Source: Actinomycetota bacterium
GTDB taxonomy: Bacteria > Actinomycetota > Actinomycetes > Nanopelagicales > Nanopelagicaceae
DNA length: 27,963 nucleotides
Reading direction: 5' to 3'
Assembly (NCBI GenBank): GCA_947381255.1
Contig: CANCUC010000001.1
Span: forward strand, 1 to 27,963
This document shows positions 19,014 to 27,963 of this stretch, in pieces (within the stretch, counting starts at the first letter, position 1; every line of letters starts with the position of its first letter). The notes below the pieces were generated by a model that saw nothing but the letters and a program-made list of their open reading frames with translations, made no database searches and was not told the origin of the DNA. The position numbers and the translations under genes are program-made.

Positions 19014-20354
19014 ATGGCGCTCTTTGGCACCGATGGTGTTAGAGGTCTAGCTAACGGATTCTTAACAGCTGAACTTGCTGTTGATCTCTCTATTGCTGCA
19101 GCCCATATCTTGGGTGAACTTGGCGCATTCGAAGGTCATCGCCCCAAAGCCATTGTTGGTCAAGACTCTCGAGCATCTGGAGATTTTCTTGAAGCAGCGG
19201 TCGTTGCTGGTTTAGCCAGTGCCGGCGTCGATGTTTATAGAGTCGGAGTTCTTCCAACTCCCGCAATTGCGCACCTCGTTGCCGACAGTGGAGCAGATCT
19301 TGGCGTAATGATTAGCGCCTCTCACAACCCAATGCCGGATAACGGAATTAAATTCTTCGCAAAGGGCGGCGGAAAACTCGATGATGCCTTAGAGGCAGCG
19401 ATTGAAAAGCACATGGGGGAGAGCTGGCAACGTCCCACCGGACGAAATGTCGGGCGAGTAATTAACGATGACTCTGCTGCAGAGCGCTACATATTTCACT
19501 TATTAAATACACTCACCACAAATCTTTCAGGACTCAAAGTCGTCGTGGATTGTGCAAATGGCGCCTCATCTCGAGTTGCTCCAAAGACCTACTCCAGAGC
19601 TGGCGCTGAGGTAATCGCAATATCAAATGAGCCAAATGGCTGGAACATTAATGAAGGTTGTGGCTCGACCCATTTAGCAAATATCAAGGCGAAGGTTCTA
19701 GAAACCGGTGCCGACCTAGGCATCGCCCACGACGGTGACGCCGATCGTTGCTTAGCGATTGATAGCGAAGGTAATGAGATTGATGGCGATTTCATCATGG
19801 CAATCTTGGCTGCTGATTGGCAGAGTCGTGGCCTATTAACTCACGAAACAATTGTTGGCACGGTCATGAGCAACTTGGGTTTCTTTAAGGCGATGGAAAA
19901 TCTCGATATCAATGTTGAGATTACTGCAGTCGGTGATCGTTACGTTCTCGAAAAGATGATTTCAGATGGATTCGTCCTTGGTGGCGAACAATCTGGCCAC
20001 ATCATCATGCGCCACTATGCAAACACTGGTGATGGATTGCTAACCGCCCTGCATTTGATGCAAGCCGTTAAATCTTCTGGGAAATCACTCGCTGAACTCG
20101 CCTCAATCATGAAGCGCTTTCCGCAAGAGCTCGTTAATGTGAAGAACGTCGATAAAGAAAAATTATCGACATCCATTACCTTGAAAAATGAGATTGAAGC
20201 GAAGCAGAAGGCCCTGGGTTCTGCGGGACGAATCTTGGTACGCGCATCAGGCACTGAAAGCTTGGTTCGCGTGATGGTTGAGGCTCAAAGCGCCGCGACC
20301 GCAAGAGAGATAGCCGAAGATTTAGCCGCTCTAGTAAGATTAGAACTCTCATAA
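19014..20354 (+). CDS. glmM: Phosphoglucosamine mutase
   Basis: FGTDGVRG, ISASHNP (phosphoserine), DGDADR metal loop, GGEQSGH, VRASGTE. Confidence 0.97.
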   Translation: MALFGTDGVRGLANGFLTAELAVDLSIAAAHILGELGAFEGHRPKAIVGQDSRASGDFLEAAVVAGLASAGVDVYRVGVLPTPAIAHLVADSGADLGVMISASHNPMPDNGIKFFAKGGGKLDDALEAAIEKHMGESWQRPTGRNVGRVINDDSAAERYIFHLLNTLTTNLSGLKVVVDCANGASSRVAPKTYSRAGAEVIAISNEPNGWNINEGCGSTHLANIKAKVLETGADLGIAHDGDADRCLAIDSEGNEIDGDFIMAILAADWQSRGLLTHETIVGTVMSNLGFFKAMENLDINVEITAVGDRYVLEKMISDGFVLGGEQSGHIIMRHYANTGDGLLTALHLMQAVKSSGKSLAELASIMKRFPQELVNVKNVDKEKLSTSITLKNEIEAKQKALGSAGRILVRASGTESLVRVMVEAQSAATAREIAEDLAALVRLELS

Positions 20355-20386
20355 CCACTGCTTAAAGCATCAAAGGAGAAGACGCC

Positions 20387-22207
20387 ATGTGTGGCATTGT
20401 CGGATATACCGGTAAGGCCTTGGCACTCTCACCAGTCCTTGAAGGACTTCGCCGTCTGGAATATCGCGGATATGACTCAGCAGGAATTGCCCTTGTAGTT
20501 ACAGAAGGCGGTCCACTCTGGGTTGAAAAGCGCGCGGGTAAACTTTCAAATCTTGAATCAACTCTTGGTGCCACAAATCCTGATGCCAACTCCGGAATCG
20601 GACACACTCGTTGGGCAACCCACGGAGGTCCCACAGATCTCAATGCCCACCCTCATTTAGATAATGATGGAAAGTTAGCCTTGATTCACAACGGAATTAT
20701 TGAAAATTACGTCGAACTCCGTGAGCTACTTGAAGCTCGTGGCCATATCTTTAAATCTGAAACAGATACCGAATCGGTAGTTCACCTGCTGAGTGATGCT
20801 CGCAAGAGCCACGGTGGAGATCTTGCCGCTGCGATGCGCGAAGTTTGCGCGCAACTGCGCGGATCGTTCACCTTGCTTGCAATTCATAGCGATGAGCCTG
20901 GTCGAATTGTTGGAGCAAGGCGTAACTCTCCGCTCGTAGTTGGAGTGGGGGATGGCGAAAACTTCCTGGCATCAGATGTCGCCGCATTCATTGCGCATAC
21001 CAAACACGCTTTGGAGCTCGGACAAGATGAGGTTGTCGATATCACGGCAACAACCATCACAGTCACAGATTTAGCAGGAAATGTTTTAACACCTCGTGAA
21101 TTTGAAATCATGTGGGATGCATCAGCCGCGGAGCGTGGTGGGTACCCACACTTCATGCTCAAAGAGATCTATGAGCAACCGAAGGCAATCGCCGATACTT
21201 TGATCGGACGAACTGCCGGCCTGAGTGCCGAGATAATCGGTGGTATTGATCTAGAAGGTATTTCAAAGGTAGTCATCATCGCCTGCGGTACCGCTTATCA
21301 CGCTGGCTTGGTTGGCAAGTATGCAATTGAAAAGTGGGCGAACGTTCCAGTCGATGTAGAGCTCGCCTCTGAGTATCGATACCGTGAACCATCTGTTGAT
21401 GCCTCAACCTTGGTAATTCCTATCTCGCAATCGGGTGAGACGATGGATACCTTGATGGCGATGCGTTATGCCAGATCACATGGCGCCCGGGTCTTTGCAG
21501 TTTGTAACACCAACGGATCCACAATCCCGCGCGAATCAGATGCCGTTCTTTATACCCATGCTGGCCCTGAGATTGCCGTGGCTTCAACTAAGGCTTTTGC
21601 GACCCAATTGATCGCGATGTATTTGATTGCGCTTCACCTCGGCCGCGTCCGCGGAGCAATCACAGAGGAGTTTTACGCAGAGATTGGCGCTGAGATTGCC
21701 GACCTTCCAGATAAGGTCGAACAAGTACTTGAGACTGTTGAGCCTCTACGTGCCCTTACACGTGAATTTAAAGATTCTTCATCGGTGCTCTTCCTTGGTC
21801 GACATGTTGGATATCCAACTGCTCTAGAGGGTGCGCTAAAACTTAAAGAACTTGCCTACATGCACGCCGAGGGCTTTGCCGGTGGCGAGCTAAAGCACGG
21901 CCCAATCGCTCTTATTGATCAGGGCACTCCAGTCATAGCAATCATGCCAACTTCAAATAGCGCCCTTTACGAAAAGATGGCGAGCAACGTTCAAGAGGTG
22001 AAGGCTCGCGGCGCGGTCGTCATCGCAATCGGCGATGCTGATCTAGCAAGTGCTACTCACAATATTCGAATTCCAACTTCTCATGATTTCTTGCAACCAG
22101 TGTTGGCAGTAGTTCCACTTCAGGTAATTGCCTATGAGATGGCAGTTGCGCGTGGAAATGATGTCGACCAACCACGTAATTTGGCTAAATCGGTCACAGT
22201 CGAATGA
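20387..22207 (+). CDS. glmS: Glutamine--fructose-6-phosphate aminotransferase
   Basis: MCGIVG (Cys1 nucleophile), [48 protein letters not shown]. Confidence 0.99.
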   Translation: MCGIVGYTGKALALSPVLEGLRRLEYRGYDSAGIALVVTEGGPLWVEKRAGKLSNLESTLGATNPDANSGIGHTRWATHGGPTDLNAHPHLDNDGKLALIHNGIIENYVELRELLEARGHIFKSETDTESVVHLLSDARKSHGGDLAAAMREVCAQLRGSFTLLAIHSDEPGRIVGARRNSPLVVGVGDGENFLASDVAAFIAHTKHALELGQDEVVDITATTITVTDLAGNVLTPREFEIMWDASAAERGGYPHFMLKEIYEQPKAIADTLIGRTAGLSAEIIGGIDLEGISKVVIIACGTAYHAGLVGKYAIEKWANVPVDVELASEYRYREPSVDASTLVIPISQSGETMDTLMAMRYARSHGARVFAVCNTNGSTIPRESDAVLYTHAGPEIAVASTKAFATQLIAMYLIALHLGRVRGAITEEFYAEIGAEIADLPDKVEQVLETVEPLRALTREFKDSSSVLFLGRHVGYPTALEGALKLKELAYMHAEGFAGGELKHGPIALIDQGTPVIAIMPTSNSALYEKMASNVQEVKARGAVVIAIGDADLASATHNIRIPTSHDFLQPVLAVVPLQVIAYEMAVARGNDVDQPRNLAKSVTVE

Positions 22208-22881
22208 TGTGGAGCTCGCTGGAAGTTCACCGCCGGCAGGAGCGTAACCGAGCAATACGAGTATCACTCGTCTTCTTTCTGGCTTTCTTAATTGTTACGG
22301 AGCAGGTGCTGACCAAGAGTTATCTCTATCGCTTAGACCATCGCATCAAATTGATTAAGCATCACACTTTCCGTGGATTATCGAGCCATTTTCTCCTAGC
22401 TCTCGATGATTTAGGTTTAAGAAGTCTTACAGCAACCTGCCTCTTGGTCACAGCAGTCCTACTGGCATACCGCTATCGCTCTTGGCGACCTATCAATTTT
22501 TCGCTAGCGGCTCTGATACTTCTTAATGGAGTAGTTGGTTTAGCAAAGATCTTCTTCGGTAGAAGTAAACCCCGGTTAAATATTGATATTTACCATAGCG
22601 GAATAGTTGGCTCCTACCCCTCCGGTCATTCATCCAACGCGCTCCTCACATGGGGCGCTCTGGCGTATCTCTTGTATCGCTACACCAAATATTGGTCCAC
22701 CAAATTATCACTCTTATATTTTCTGGTCGGCGCGGTCACAACAATTGTCTGTCTCGTATCGCTCATTCGAAACACCCATTGGCTTAGCGATTTAGTTGGT
22801 GGAGCCTTCCTTGGTGGATCTATATTGGTCTTTCTCATCGCGGCAGATCGCGCATGGCCTTCAGAGAGGCAGCCATCATGA
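22204..22881 (+). CDS. PAP2-family membrane phosphatase-like protein
   Basis: Several TM segments with KIFFGRSKP (C1-like), SYPSGH (C2) and THWLSD (C3-like); overlaps both neighbours. Confidence 0.8.
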   Translation: MMWSSLEVHRRQERNRAIRVSLVFFLAFLIVTEQVLTKSYLYRLDHRIKLIKHHTFRGLSSHFLLALDDLGLRSLTATCLLVTAVLLAYRYRSWRPINFSLAALILLNGVVGLAKIFFGRSKPRLNIDIYHSGIVGSYPSGHSSNALLTWGALAYLLYRYTKYWSTKLSLLYFLVGAVTTIVCLVSLIRNTHWLSDLVGGAFLGGSILVFLIAADRAWPSERQPS

Positions 22882-23222
22882 TCGAAGGAATTGGAATCGA
22901 TGTAGTTGATATTGCCCGCTTTCAAGAATCTCTTGAGAGGACTCCCGGGATGAGGGAGAGGCTTTTTACTCCGAGCGAGGCCGCGCTCAAGGTCGCATCA
23001 TTGGCCGCCAGGTTCGCAGCGAAAGAGGCTTTGGTGAAGGCGCTTAATGCGAGAAATATCTTTTCGTGGCATGAAGTGGAAATCCGAAGTGAAGAATCCG
23101 GTAAGCCTTACTTTTACTTCTCTGGAGCCTTAGCTGAGCGGGTAGCAAACTTCACAGTTCACCTCACTATCTCCCATGATGCAGGAATCGCTTCTGCAAT
23201 GGTTGTAATCGAGGGAGCGTAG
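22878..23222 (+). CDS. acpS: Holo-[acyl-carrier-protein] synthase
   Basis: [39 protein letters not shown]. Start reassigned to ATG 22878 (ATGA overlap). Confidence 0.95.
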   Translation: MIEGIGIDVVDIARFQESLERTPGMRERLFTPSEAALKVASLAARFAAKEALVKALNARNIFSWHEVEIRSEESGKPYFYFSGALAERVANFTVHLTISHDAGIASAMVVIEGA

Positions 23223-23224
23223 AG

Positions 23225-24322
23225 ATGCGCGCATTCGCCCAGATTGATCTCGCTGCAATTTCCGAGAATATTGTTTCGATTTCTAAGCGAACAGAGTCAA
23301 CTATTTTGGCAGTGGTGAAGGCAGATGCTTACGGGCATGGATTGGTGCCTGTTGCAATTACAGCTGTTGAGTCAGGTGCAAACTGGCTTGGTACTGCGCT
23401 TCTAGAAGAGGCAATCACTTTGCGTGAAGCAGGCATAGAAGTGCCGGTTATCGCCTGGTTAACACCACCAGGTGAAGATTTCGAACGCGCTCTTAGACTC
23501 AACATTGATCTTTCGGTCTCATCCATCTCACTTTTTAAAGAGATTCTCGTTGCAGGTAAACAGGTCGGAATTAAACCTCGCCTGCACTTCGAAATTGATA
23601 CTGGGATGCGCCGTGGTGGCGTGCTTAATGAGTGGAGCGAGTTCTTAGCCTTTGCTCAAGAAGAAAAATCTAACTACTCACTCATCGGTTTCTGGTCTCA
23701 TTTTGCCCGCGCAGATGAGCCACTTCAACCATTTAATAAAGTACAAGAGGATGAATTTGCATCCAAGCTGGAAGAGCTGATGGCAACTGGTTTATCTCCC
23801 GAGATCATCCATCTCTCAAACTCTGCTGCAACCCTTTCTCGTGCCAGCGCGCACCAATCGATGGTTCGACTCGGGATCGCAATGTACGGATTGAGCCCAG
23901 ATGTCGATCAGATGGGGGATGGTACGAAGTTCGACCTAAGACCTGCCATGACAATTCGCGCCAAAATTCATTTAGTTAAAGCGGCTAAAGCCGGGGATGC
24001 TGTCGGTTACGGCGGAACTGAAGTGTTAAAGCGCGATACCAAATTAGGTGTAATCGTTATGGGTTATTCAGATGGATTGCCTCGGACCGCAAATAACTCT
24101 GTTGGAGTTTTCTTTGATGGAGGCTTCGCTCCACTTGTCGGCCGCATCTCCATGGATCAGTGCGTAGTGGATCTCGGCCCAGATTCTCAGGCGGAAGCTG
24201 GAGATTACGTCACGGTGATGGGCGGCGAGGGATATTCCATTGATCAATGGGCCAAGGCAGCGGGAACAATTAATTATGAAATAGTGACGCGAATTGCCGC
24301 TCGAGTACCTAGAATCTACTAA
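23225..24322 (+). CDS. alr: Alanine racemase
   Basis: AVVKADAYGHG (PLP Lys), HFEIDTGMRRGG, SHFARAD, GRISMDQ, INYEIVT. Confidence 0.97.
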   Translation: MRAFAQIDLAAISENIVSISKRTESTILAVVKADAYGHGLVPVAITAVESGANWLGTALLEEAITLREAGIEVPVIAWLTPPGEDFERALRLNIDLSVSSISLFKEILVAGKQVGIKPRLHFEIDTGMRRGGVLNEWSEFLAFAQEEKSNYSLIGFWSHFARADEPLQPFNKVQEDEFASKLEELMATGLSPEIIHLSNSAATLSRASAHQSMVRLGIAMYGLSPDVDQMGDGTKFDLRPAMTIRAKIHLVKAAKAGDAVGYGGTEVLKRDTKLGVIVMGYSDGLPRTANNSVGVFFDGGFAPLVGRISMDQCVVDLGPDSQAEAGDYVTVMGGEGYSIDQWAKAAGTINYEIVTRIAARVPRIY

Positions 24323-24357
24323 CTTAACTAGGTCTCAATGGCGAGGAGTGGTCTTTT

Positions 24358-25125
24358 ATGCACGACCCTGCTTCGCTGCGCCTTGAATCAGTCACTGTAG
24401 ATTTTGGCGGACTTCGCGCCCTCTCTGGCGTTTCGATTGAGGTAAATCCAGGAGAAGTCGTAGGAATCATCGGACCAAATGGCGCCGGAAAGACCACATT
24501 ATTTAATGTCCTTAGCGGGTTAGTCCATCCCACATCTGGTGCCTTTTTTATGGGTGGCGCGAAGCGAGAGTGGCCCAAGCCTCACCAGCTCACCCAACTT
24601 GGAATTGCACGAACATTGCAGGGGGTTGGACTATTCAATGACCTCACCGTGAATGAGAATTTACTTGTCGGAGCGTCGCACGTTGAGAAAGATAATTTTC
24701 TTAAATCACTTCTTGGTTTAGATAGAAATAGACAATTACATTTGTACGAATCTGCCCAAAACCTTTTGGCGGAGCTAAACATTTCGGAGTACGCGCGAGA
24801 ACTTGCCTCATCATTACCGTATCCCATTTCTAAGCGGGTGGCGCTGGCCCGGGCTCTCATGTGCAAACCTTCAACTTTGCTGCTTGATGAACCGGCAGGA
24901 GGCTTAGGCGTGGAAGATATAGCGTGGCTCAAAGAGTTCGTGCTCAGATTTAGAAGCAAGAAATCCGTATTGCTTGTTGAGCACCATATGGATGTGATCA
25001 TGAATGTATGTGATCGGATTTACGTCTTAAATTTCGGTGAATTAATTGCGCACGGAACCCCCGATGAGATCAAACATAATCCATTGGTAATTGCTGCCTA
25101 TCTCGGAAGTGAGGAGGGAGAGTGA
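24358..25125 (+). CDS. livG: HAAT/Liv-type ABC transporter ATP-binding protein (LivG-like)
   Basis: FGGLRAL, Walker A GPNGAGKTT, IARTLQ, LLLDEP, VEHHMD, IAAYLG. Confidence 0.88.
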   Translation: MHDPASLRLESVTVDFGGLRALSGVSIEVNPGEVVGIIGPNGAGKTTLFNVLSGLVHPTSGAFFMGGAKREWPKPHQLTQLGIARTLQGVGLFNDLTVNENLLVGASHVEKDNFLKSLLGLDRNRQLHLYESAQNLLAELNISEYARELASSLPYPISKRVALARALMCKPSTLLLDEPAGGLGVEDIAWLKEFVLRFRSKKSVLLVEHHMDVIMNVCDRIYVLNFGELIAHGTPDEIKHNPLVIAAYLGSEEGE

Positions 25126-25838
25126 ATCAAGGTCTCGTTGTATCAAATCTCTCCATTGATTACGGCTCGGTGTCCGCAGTTAAGGATCTCTCTTTTGCGC
25201 TAACTCCTGGAGAGTTGGTAGCCGTGATTGGATCTAATGGTTCTGGCAAGAGCACTCTTATTCGCTCACTTAGTGGATTGATTGCACCAACAACCGGCGC
25301 TGCTTCTTGGAATGGCCGCTCACTTCTTGGAAAGAAGCCCGAAGAGCTGGTTCGAGAAGGCATCGTGCATATCTCTGAGGGAAAGTCGGTAATTCCAGAG
25401 CTAACAGTCGCGGAGAATCTAGCGCTTGGTGGATTGTGGCGGAGCGATAAGAATGATGTTCGACTCGCTCACGAAGAAAGCCTGCAGATATTTCCGATAC
25501 TTGCCACTCGTCTTAATCAGCGAGCCGATTCGCTCTCTGGGGGAGAGAGACAGATGTTGGCTATAGCTCGCGCACTCATCTCCAGACCGCAGTTGTTATT
25601 ACTCGATGAGCCATCATTGGGCTTGGCACCGCTCATTATTGAACAGATATTTGTTGCGCTTAATAATCTCCGAAAAAGGTATGGCTTAACAGTTCTACTT
25701 GTTGAACAAAATGCGATGAGTGCGCTGAAGATCGCCGACCGCGGGTTAATTCTGCACCTGGGCCAACTCGTTACCAGTGGCACGCCAGCTGAGCTGATGC
25801 AAGATCCTCAACTTCGAGCCGCTTACTTGGGATTTTAA
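25122..25838 (+). CDS. livF: HAAT/Liv-type ABC transporter ATP-binding protein (LivF-like)
   Basis: GSNGSGKST, LSGGERQMLAIARAL, LLLDEPSLGLAP, LLVEQNA, AAYLG. Confidence 0.9.
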   Translation: MNQGLVVSNLSIDYGSVSAVKDLSFALTPGELVAVIGSNGSGKSTLIRSLSGLIAPTTGAASWNGRSLLGKKPEELVREGIVHISEGKSVIPELTVAENLALGGLWRSDKNDVRLAHEESLQIFPILATRLNQRADSLSGGERQMLAIARALISRPQLLLLDEPSLGLAPLIIEQIFVALNNLRKRYGLTVLLVEQNAMSALKIADRGLILHLGQLVTSGTPAELMQDPQLRAAYLGF

Positions 25839-25839
25839 A

Positions 25840-26730
25840 ATGTTTATCGACACACTCCTCATTGGAATCAGTAGCGGTGCGATCTATTCGTTGATGGCCC
25901 TGGCCTTGGTTCTCGTTTGGCGTTCAACTCGCGTGGTGAACTTTGCACAATCAGGTCAAGCCGTTCTCTCCACATATATCGGCTATGAGATTACTTCCAA
26001 GACCCACAACTATTGGATCTCCCTTCCCCTTGCGATTATTTGTGGTGCACTTATCGGTTCACTCGTCGATCTTCTCTTTATGAGTTTGCTTAGCAAGCGG
26101 GTGAAGTCTGGACCGATTGCTGAGATCGCACCGGTGATCGCGACGCTTGGATTGCTCGGATTGATTCAAAGCGTAATTGGATTGATTTGGGGAAATGCCT
26201 TCTTGCAATATCCATCGCCACTTTCAGGTAAAGGTTTCACATTCGGTTCTCACACGGTTCCCTTCTCGCCTCAAAACTTATTTATCGTTCTCGCATCCGC
26301 AACAGTGCTTGCGATCTTTGGAGTTGTATTTCGTTTCACAAATCTTGGACTCGCACTTCGCGCTTCTTCATTTGCACCTGAGATTGCCCAGTTAGCTGGA
26401 ATTCGTGTAAGCCGAGTTCGAAATATTGGATGGTCATTTGCTGGTGCTGCCGGTGCGGTAGCAGGCGCGGTGATAACCCCGACCTCCACTCTCTCTCCAA
26501 ACTCACTGGATCTTCTCTTCGTTTCTGGCTTTATCGCGGCAGTTATCGGTGGACTTGACTCTCTCGTTGGTGCAGTTGTTGGTGGACTGGTTCTTGGAAT
26601 TGGTTTCTCCTTTATATTGCAATACATAAGTTCATCGGTGACCTTCTTGGCTGGCTTTATCATTTTGATGATTGTGTTACTCGTTCGCCCTCGAGGAATC
26701 TTTGGGAAGAGAGTGGGTCGCAATGCTTAA
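25840..26730 (+). CDS. livH: HAAT/Liv-type ABC transporter permease (LivH-like)
   Basis: GAIYSLMALALVLVW..TRVVNFAQ, TNLGLALRAS, AAVIGGL, RPRGIFG. Confidence 0.9.
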   Translation: MFIDTLLIGISSGAIYSLMALALVLVWRSTRVVNFAQSGQAVLSTYIGYEITSKTHNYWISLPLAIICGALIGSLVDLLFMSLLSKRVKSGPIAEIAPVIATLGLLGLIQSVIGLIWGNAFLQYPSPLSGKGFTFGSHTVPFSPQNLFIVLASATVLAIFGVVFRFTNLGLALRASSFAPEIAQLAGIRVSRVRNIGWSFAGAAGAVAGAVITPTSTLSPNSLDLLFVSGFIAAVIGGLDSLVGAVVGGLVLGIGFSFILQYISSSVTFLAGFIILMIVLLVRPRGIFGKRVGRNA

Positions 26731-27730
26731 ACACCGACTCACACCATTGCAGCGCGCGGGTATCCTCGCCTTGATTGGAATCGCACTCCTTACTGCAAGT
26801 CGATTTATAGGAGAACTTCGCGATTACCAAGGTGCTCAAGTTGCTGTCTATGTAATTGCAATCTCTTCTATCACTTTGCTCACCGGCTACTCGGGGCAGA
26901 TTTCGTTAGGTCACGGCGCTGTAATGGCAATTGGTGGCTACGGGGCTGCGCTCTCATTTTCTCTGTGGCACTTTCCATTTGTCATCGCACTTCTCTTCGG
27001 AACATTTGTTGGAACGGTTGCAGGATTTGTCTTGGGTGTTGCTGCGGCTCGACTTTCTGGTCCATATCTTGCTGGTACAACACTTGCTCTAGCCGTCGGA
27101 TTACCGACAATTGCTGATCAATTTAAAGTTCTGGGTGGTGAACAAGGATTGAGTTTTGATATTGGTGATGCACCACCTTGGGCGAGAAAGCTTGGTGGAT
27201 CAGAATTCACTCAATACAAATGGTTCTTCTGGATCGCGGTAATTGCAGCTTTAATTACTCTCTGGGCTATAACGAATTTGTTACATAGCAATTATGGAAG
27301 GAATTGGCGGGCTGCAAGAAATAACGCGGTTGCAGCCAGTCTGGCGGGCATAAATGTGGCTCGCGGGAAAATTTTGGCATTTACGGTGAGTTCTGCTCTC
27401 GCAAGTCTTGCAGGTGCCCTCTTTGGTCTGCTTCTTGGAATAGTGACACCGACTGCCTTCCCTCTATCGCTTTCATTCGCAATTGTGACCGGTGCGGTAC
27501 TTGCGGGTGTTAGTAACCTCGCAGGTAGCATTGTCGGCGCAGTGGTTCTCGTTACCATCCCCGAAGTTTCAGGTGCCCTTGCAACGCACTTGGGAGGTTC
27601 TCAAAAGGTAACAGCGAATCTACCTGGACTAGTAACAAGCTTGTTGCTGATCCTTGTGGTCTTGTTCATGCCTCATGGTCTTCGTATCAGGAGATTTAAA
27701 GGAATGAAAAAGTTAAGACGTAACACATAA
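26723..27730 (+). CDS. livM: HAAT/Liv-type ABC transporter permease (LivM-like)
   Basis: LLTGYSGQISLGHG, RLSGPYLA, SNYGRNWRA, GSIVGA. Start reassigned to ATG 26723, overlapping the end of livH. Confidence 0.88.
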   Translation: MLKHRLTPLQRAGILALIGIALLTASRFIGELRDYQGAQVAVYVIAISSITLLTGYSGQISLGHGAVMAIGGYGAALSFSLWHFPFVIALLFGTFVGTVAGFVLGVAAARLSGPYLAGTTLALAVGLPTIADQFKVLGGEQGLSFDIGDAPPWARKLGGSEFTQYKWFFWIAVIAALITLWAITNLLHSNYGRNWRAARNNAVAASLAGINVARGKILAFTVSSALASLAGALFGLLLGIVTPTAFPLSLSFAIVTGAVLAGVSNLAGSIVGAVVLVTIPEVSGALATHLGGSQKVTANLPGLVTSLLLILVVLFMPHGLRIRRFKGMKKLRRNT

Positions 27731-27784
27731 CTACATATAAGTACCGCAGGCATCTCCTGGAATACCCTCAATGAAAGGAAGAAT

Positions 27785-27963
27785 ATGCTCGTTCATCGTC
27801 GCACGAAGCGCGGAAAACTAGCAGTAACTTTTGTGGCCGTTGCCGCATTGGCCATCAATGCACTACCTGCTCACGCATTTACCGCCTACAAAGTGGATGG
27901 TGTAACTCCCTCAACAATAACCTTGGGAATTACCTCACCTCTTACTGGCGCAGCTGCACCTGG
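27785..27963 (+). CDS. HAAT/Liv-type ABC substrate-binding protein (3'-truncated; absent from ORF track)
   Basis: SD GAAAGGA, then MLVHRRTKRGKLAVTFVAVAALAINALPAHAFTAYKVDGVTPSTITLGITSPLTGAAAP: a signal peptide followed by the GVT..TI.LG...PLTG N-terminus of LivK/LivJ-family proteins. Confidence 0.85.
   Translation, partial: MLVHRRTKRGKLAVTFVAVAALAINALPAHAFTAYKVDGVTPSTITLGITSPLTGAAAP

Noticed and set aside
20355-20386. Possible glmS ribozyme
   Set aside because: The spacer is only 32 nt, too short for the ribozyme fold, and carries only an SD.
24338-24400. 20-codon upstream ORF (MARSGLLCTTLLRCALNQSL) overlapping the livG start
   Set aside because: No SD, no enrichment in regulatory codons and no attenuator structure; likely chance.
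185-27558. Many overlapping antisense and alternate-frame ORFs in the track (e.g. 192-587 -, 4962-5393 +, 9401-9742 -, 26271-26723 -)
   Set aside because: All lie inside well-conserved genes, show no recognisable motifs, and are expected shadows of codon bias.
17047-27730. Codon-usage shift (more TTA/AGA/ATA in truA and from glmM onward) suggesting horizontal transfer
   Set aside because: Explained by weaker expression-linked bias than in r-protein genes. These are mostly core genes, and I saw no integrase, att site or IS ends.
1-27963. rRNA, tRNA, CRISPR arrays, IS elements, prophage or defence genes
   Set aside because: The longest spacer is about 130 nt. I saw no cloverleaf, repeat-spacer array or transposase, and all coding space is assigned to known families.

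Overview
A core housekeeping region, all on the + strand, from a low-GC actinobacterium. GC looks close to 50% by eye. The compact spacers and actinobacterial-type protein sequences suggest a streamlined freshwater lineage such as Ca. Nanopelagicales/acI, but that is inference. The window opens inside tuf and runs through the S10 cluster (rpsJ-rpsQ), the spc cluster (rplN-rplO, secY, adk, map) and the alpha cluster (infA, rpmJ, rpsM, rpsK, rpsD, rpoA, rplQ). It continues with truA, rplM-rpsI, glmM, glmS, a PAP2-family membrane protein, acpS and alr, and ends in a branched-chain-amino-acid-type (Liv/HAAT) ABC transporter whose binding-protein gene is cut by the window end. rpmJ (13851-13964) and the final binding-protein ORF (27785-end) are missing from the supplied ORF track. 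I found no rRNA, tRNA, mobile element, CRISPR array or defence system, and no clearly new protein system. The best leads are structured RNAs in the few long spacers (before rpsJ, rpsH, secY, infA, rpsM, rpoA and rplM), several of which look like ribosomal-protein autoregulatory leaders. Other leads are a PAP2 protein with altered catalytic arginines, a binding protein without a lipobox, and a divergent L22 with a long tail.
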